Source: a virus (Duplodnaviria > Caudoviricetes). From it: a stretch of 64,000 bases of DNA. Below are positions 61,602-64,000 of the stretch, piece by piece. Each line of letters starts with the position of its first letter. Positions within the stretch are counted from its first letter, which is position 1. Under the pieces are notes generated by a model. The model was not told the origin of the DNA. It did not search any database and saw only the letters and a program-made list of their open reading frames with translations. A program made the translations under genes and the position numbers. The stretch covers positions 1 to 64,000 of the IMG/VR virus record IMGVR_UViG_3300032237_000561, one strand, 5' to 3'.

Positions 61602-62375
61602 TCAGAACGGGTATCCATAGCGACTGGCGGTGATGTGATCGTCACGAAGCCCGTGATCCATGATCGGGTTCCAGTCATTTCCGTAATGACTGAAGTCGTC
61701 GGACTCTTCGGCGTTGTGCGGCACTCTGAGGTCTCGTATTGTCAGCGGGGCCTTCTTATGCTTGAGCATGACTTCGTACTCGTGGTTGAAGTTTCCAGAC
61801 CCGGCACGGTTGTGGTTTTCACCGGCATGATTCCAGTCGGCATCAAGGAAGGTCGGCAAGTACCGCCCGTACCCGGAAGAGTTGTATGACCCTTCCCCGA
61901 TCCCTCGACCGTAATTGTCGGCAACATCAAAGTCGGTACTCCAATGCTCCCCGGTGCCGCCCTTGGCCCTGAAACCGTCCAGAATTGCGTCGGCCAGTCC
62001 GGGGTGGTCGAACTCGCCGCCCCGGTCGTCGTAACGGATGTCAGCATCGGGGAACAGTCCAGGGTCATCGACCGGCTGGCCCTGGCCGTAGGTCATCTGC
62101 CAGACCTTGCGGAAAGCCGGGTCGTGAGTGTCAATGGGAACGCCGCGCATCAGGCGACCGACCTCACCCTTGACCTTTTCCATACCGGGAAGGGTCGGCT
62201 GGGGTAGCCGTTCTTTGCCGGAAAACTCAGAGTTTTTGGGACGAGATGCCCACTCGGCTTGGGCACCCGGATCGCCCTTGATTTTCTTCTCGTAATTTTT
62301 ACGATCCCTGGTCGGGCCATGAGTCCACGGCCCCAGCATTTCTGCTTGCTCGCGGGCGGTGATGATGCGGCGCAT
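61602..62375 (-). CDS. Leader-bearing protein 5; ADP-ribosyltransferase (R-S-E clade)-like domain
   Basis: N-terminus MRRIITAREQAEMLGPW; LMRG, HWSTD..VA..YG and EYEV motifs in the canonical order. Confidence 0.7.
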   Translation of the reverse strand: MRRIITAREQAEMLGPWTHGPTRDRKNYEKKIKGDPGAQAEWASRPKNSEFSGKERLPQPTLPGMEKVKGEVGRLMRGVPIDTHDPAFRKVWQMTYGQGQPVDDPGLFPDADIRYDDRGGEFDHPGLADAILDGFRAKGGTGEHWSTDFDVADNYGRGIGEGSYNSSGYGRYLPTFLDADWNHAGENHNRAGSGNFNHEYEVMLKHKKAPLTIRDLRVPHNAEESDDFSHYGNDWNPIMDHGLRDDHITASRYGYPF

Positions 62376-62380
62376 GAAAC

Positions 62381-62422
62381 GACCTCCTGCTGATTCAAGG
62401 CGGTCATGGCCGACACGGCAGG
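62381..62422 (-). promoter_or_regulatory. CCTGCC-N17-CTTGAA motif with SD-sequestering hairpin
   Basis: Minus strand reads cctgcc gtgtcggccatgaccgc cttgaa tcagcaggaggtc; gacc-g-cct pairs with agg-a-ggtc. Confidence 0.6.
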
Positions 62423-62428
62423 GGGAGG

Positions 62429-62860
62429 GTGTTGCACCCCGAATGACACGGGTGTAACTTGTGGCGAAGGCCCCCGACTACAAGAGCCGAGGGCCTTCAC
62501 AACTTAATAAAAAACATCCACCAGAGATTTTACCTCACACTCTAAACTGGGTCAAACCCCCAGTCATCTCCCGAGGTCTCCGGTTAACAGCCGGAAGCAA
62601 GAGCCGTCAGAGGGTGTGTCCCTCCGACCCGCCACCCGGCAGCGTTCAAGGCAGACCCGGCGTGCAAGTACCCACGAGGTGGCGGGATATGTCCGGTTCT
62701 GCGGCAGGCGAGTAATACCCGTAGCCGACAGTGACGCGACGACCCTGCGGGCAGTGAAATACCATAAGGAACCCCAGGACTCGGTAAACGGACGGGGGTC
62801 ATTCCCTGTTGTTTCGCGGTGCTGTTCCTGCTAGTGCAGGGACAGCTCTGCTCTCCCCTT
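62429..62860. ncRNA. Candidate structured non-coding RNA or origin region
   Basis: No convincing ORF; at least seven stems visible by eye; family not recognised. Confidence 0.35.
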
Positions 62861-62924
62861 CCTGGTGCCGGATCAGGGGATGAAAAGACCAAAGAAACAT
62901 CAGAGATGCTGTAGTGTGACCCAC

Positions 62925-63308
62925 ATGCAAGTCAAGGATGAACGTCTCTGGCTAGAACAGCTCTCGGAGCTGAAGGCCGATGAGATGAGCCAGAAGTTCT
63001 CCGATTTCCTGGTTTTCTGGGGTAATACTGCCGACACTATGCTGGGCGAGAGCAATGAAGATTTACAGCCATATGATGCGGTAAGCAAAGCCTTTGAGGT
63101 AGCCGAGCAAACTTTTGGCTTCCTGTCGGTCGAGTGGCTAGGGCAGATGCTCCTGGTGATCATCGAGCACTGGTTCCAGGGCGATTGTCTGTGGGATTCG
63201 CTGTCGTTGTTCGAGCGTCGTATGGTCGAACAGGCGACCGCCTTGAAGATCGTGGAGATGCAGAACCTCGCCGCCGAGAGTGTGCCGACACCAGCGGAAA
63301 CGCCGTAG
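62925..63308 (+). CDS. Hypothetical helical protein, probably leaderless
   Basis: TAGTGT -10-like element 7 nt before the ATG; no SD. Confidence 0.65.
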   Translation: MQVKDERLWLEQLSELKADEMSQKFSDFLVFWGNTADTMLGESNEDLQPYDAVSKAFEVAEQTFGFLSVEWLGQMLLVIIEHWFQGDCLWDSLSLFERRMVEQATALKIVEMQNLAAESVPTPAETP

Positions 63309-63309
63309 T

Positions 63310-63338
63310 TTGACTTTGTCTGGGCTATAGCTTATTCT
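63310..63338 (+). promoter_or_regulatory. SigA-type promoter
   Basis: TTGACT-N17-TATTCT. Confidence 0.65.
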
Positions 63339-63374
63339 GGTGATACCACCCACTGAGACGAAAGAAGTGATCAC

Positions 63375-64000
63375 ATGACCAAGCCAAACAAGAACCTCGC
63401 CCCCAACGAGATCATCGCGTTGCTGAAGAAGCACGACAAGAATCTCGTCAAGGCCATCCTCAAGGAGGTCGACACCGCTGCCGCTCAGGAGAAGAGCGGT
63501 AACAACGTCGAGCTGCGGAAGGCGGCGATGCAGAAGGCCCTCAAGGATTCCAACAGCATCGTCCTGGCCAAGTACACCGAGGCCGCGAATGACCTGATCC
63601 CGTTCGGCCAGAAGCTGTCGGCCAACGGCGACCGGATCGTCTCTGAGGGTCTCGACGAGAACGAGGTCGTCACCGCGATGGAGCTGTACCTCAAGGTCAA
63701 GCTGACCACCGAGGGCGCGGATGCCATGAAGGACATGGTCCGCAACATGGTCTTCCGTTCGATGGACTTGGCTGCCGCCGAGCAGGGCGAGGAATTCCCC
63801 GAGCACACCAACATGGTGATGGACGTGCCCGAGATCGGTAAGCGTTTTTGCCGCGAAGGTGCGGGCCGTAAGGATGCCGAGTTCGACATGGACGCGCTGC
63901 GCGCTTCTGTCGGCGATGAGGTCTTCTTCGCCATCACCACCGAGAAGGTCGAGGTCACCCGTGTGGTGGACGACCAGGCCCTCTCGGTGGCCATCCTGGC
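63375..64000 (+). CDS. 3'-truncated hypothetical protein (absent from the ORF track)
   Basis: MTKPNKNLAPNEIIALLKKHDK... is open to the window end with strong codon bias; GAAAGAAG RBS. Confidence 0.8.
   Translation, partial: MTKPNKNLAPNEIIALLKKHDKNLVKAILKEVDTAAAQEKSGNNVELRKAAMQKALKDSNSIVLAKYTEAANDLIPFGQKLSANGDRIVSEGLDENEVVTAMELYLKVKLTTEGADAMKDMVRNMVFRSMDLAAAEQGEEFPEHTNMVMDVPEIGKRFCREGAGRKDAEFDMDALRASVGDEVFFAITTEKVEVTRVVDDQALSVAIL

Noticed and set aside
15871-62375. The shared leader as a DNA repeat, mobile-element end or Sec/Tat signal peptide
   Set aside because: Copies differ at synonymous positions and always sit in frame at the start codon. The peptide has no hydrophobic h-region despite the RR.
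62500-62530. TCCACCA resembling a tRNA/tmRNA 3' end
   Set aside because: No T-arm (GTTC.A) or matching acceptor stem upstream; no cloverleaf was recognised anywhere in the window.

Overview
The window is a 64 kb segment of a large, GC-rich contractile-tailed (myovirus) phage genome. The host is probably an actinobacterium: gene order, the GGGAAAA tail-chaperone frameshift and SigA-type promoters recall cluster C-like mycobacteriophages, but this is recognition from memory, not a database search. Positions ~1-54.6 kb hold the virion module on the + strand: LysM protein, prohead-protease/scaffold polyprotein, decoration protein, major capsid protein, collagen and IPT/TIG fibres, neck, sheath, tube, frameshifted chaperone, tape measure and baseplate. 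The remainder (~54.6-64 kb) holds small early genes around divergent promoters, a metallophosphoesterase, an SNF2-like helicase and a structured non-coding region. The most striking feature is a candidate capsid-cargo system. Five otherwise unrelated proteins share an N-terminal peptide, R-[IV]-[IV]-[ST]-A-R-E-[QR]-x-[EQ]-[ML]-L, followed in four of them by R-x-A. Their bodies are DUF7178-like, GNAT, ASCH+GNAT, a small W-rich domain and an ADP-ribosyltransferase. The same R-x-A motif marks domain junctions in the prohead-protease polyprotein, which itself carries NlpC/P60 and methyltransferase passenger domains. Three of the cargo genes, including the one 35 kb away on the opposite strand, share a bipartite upstream motif and a Shine-Dalgarno-sequestering hairpin with structural genes. 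All product calls come from motif recognition by eye. No tRNA, CRISPR array, integrase, terminase or portal gene was recognised in this window.
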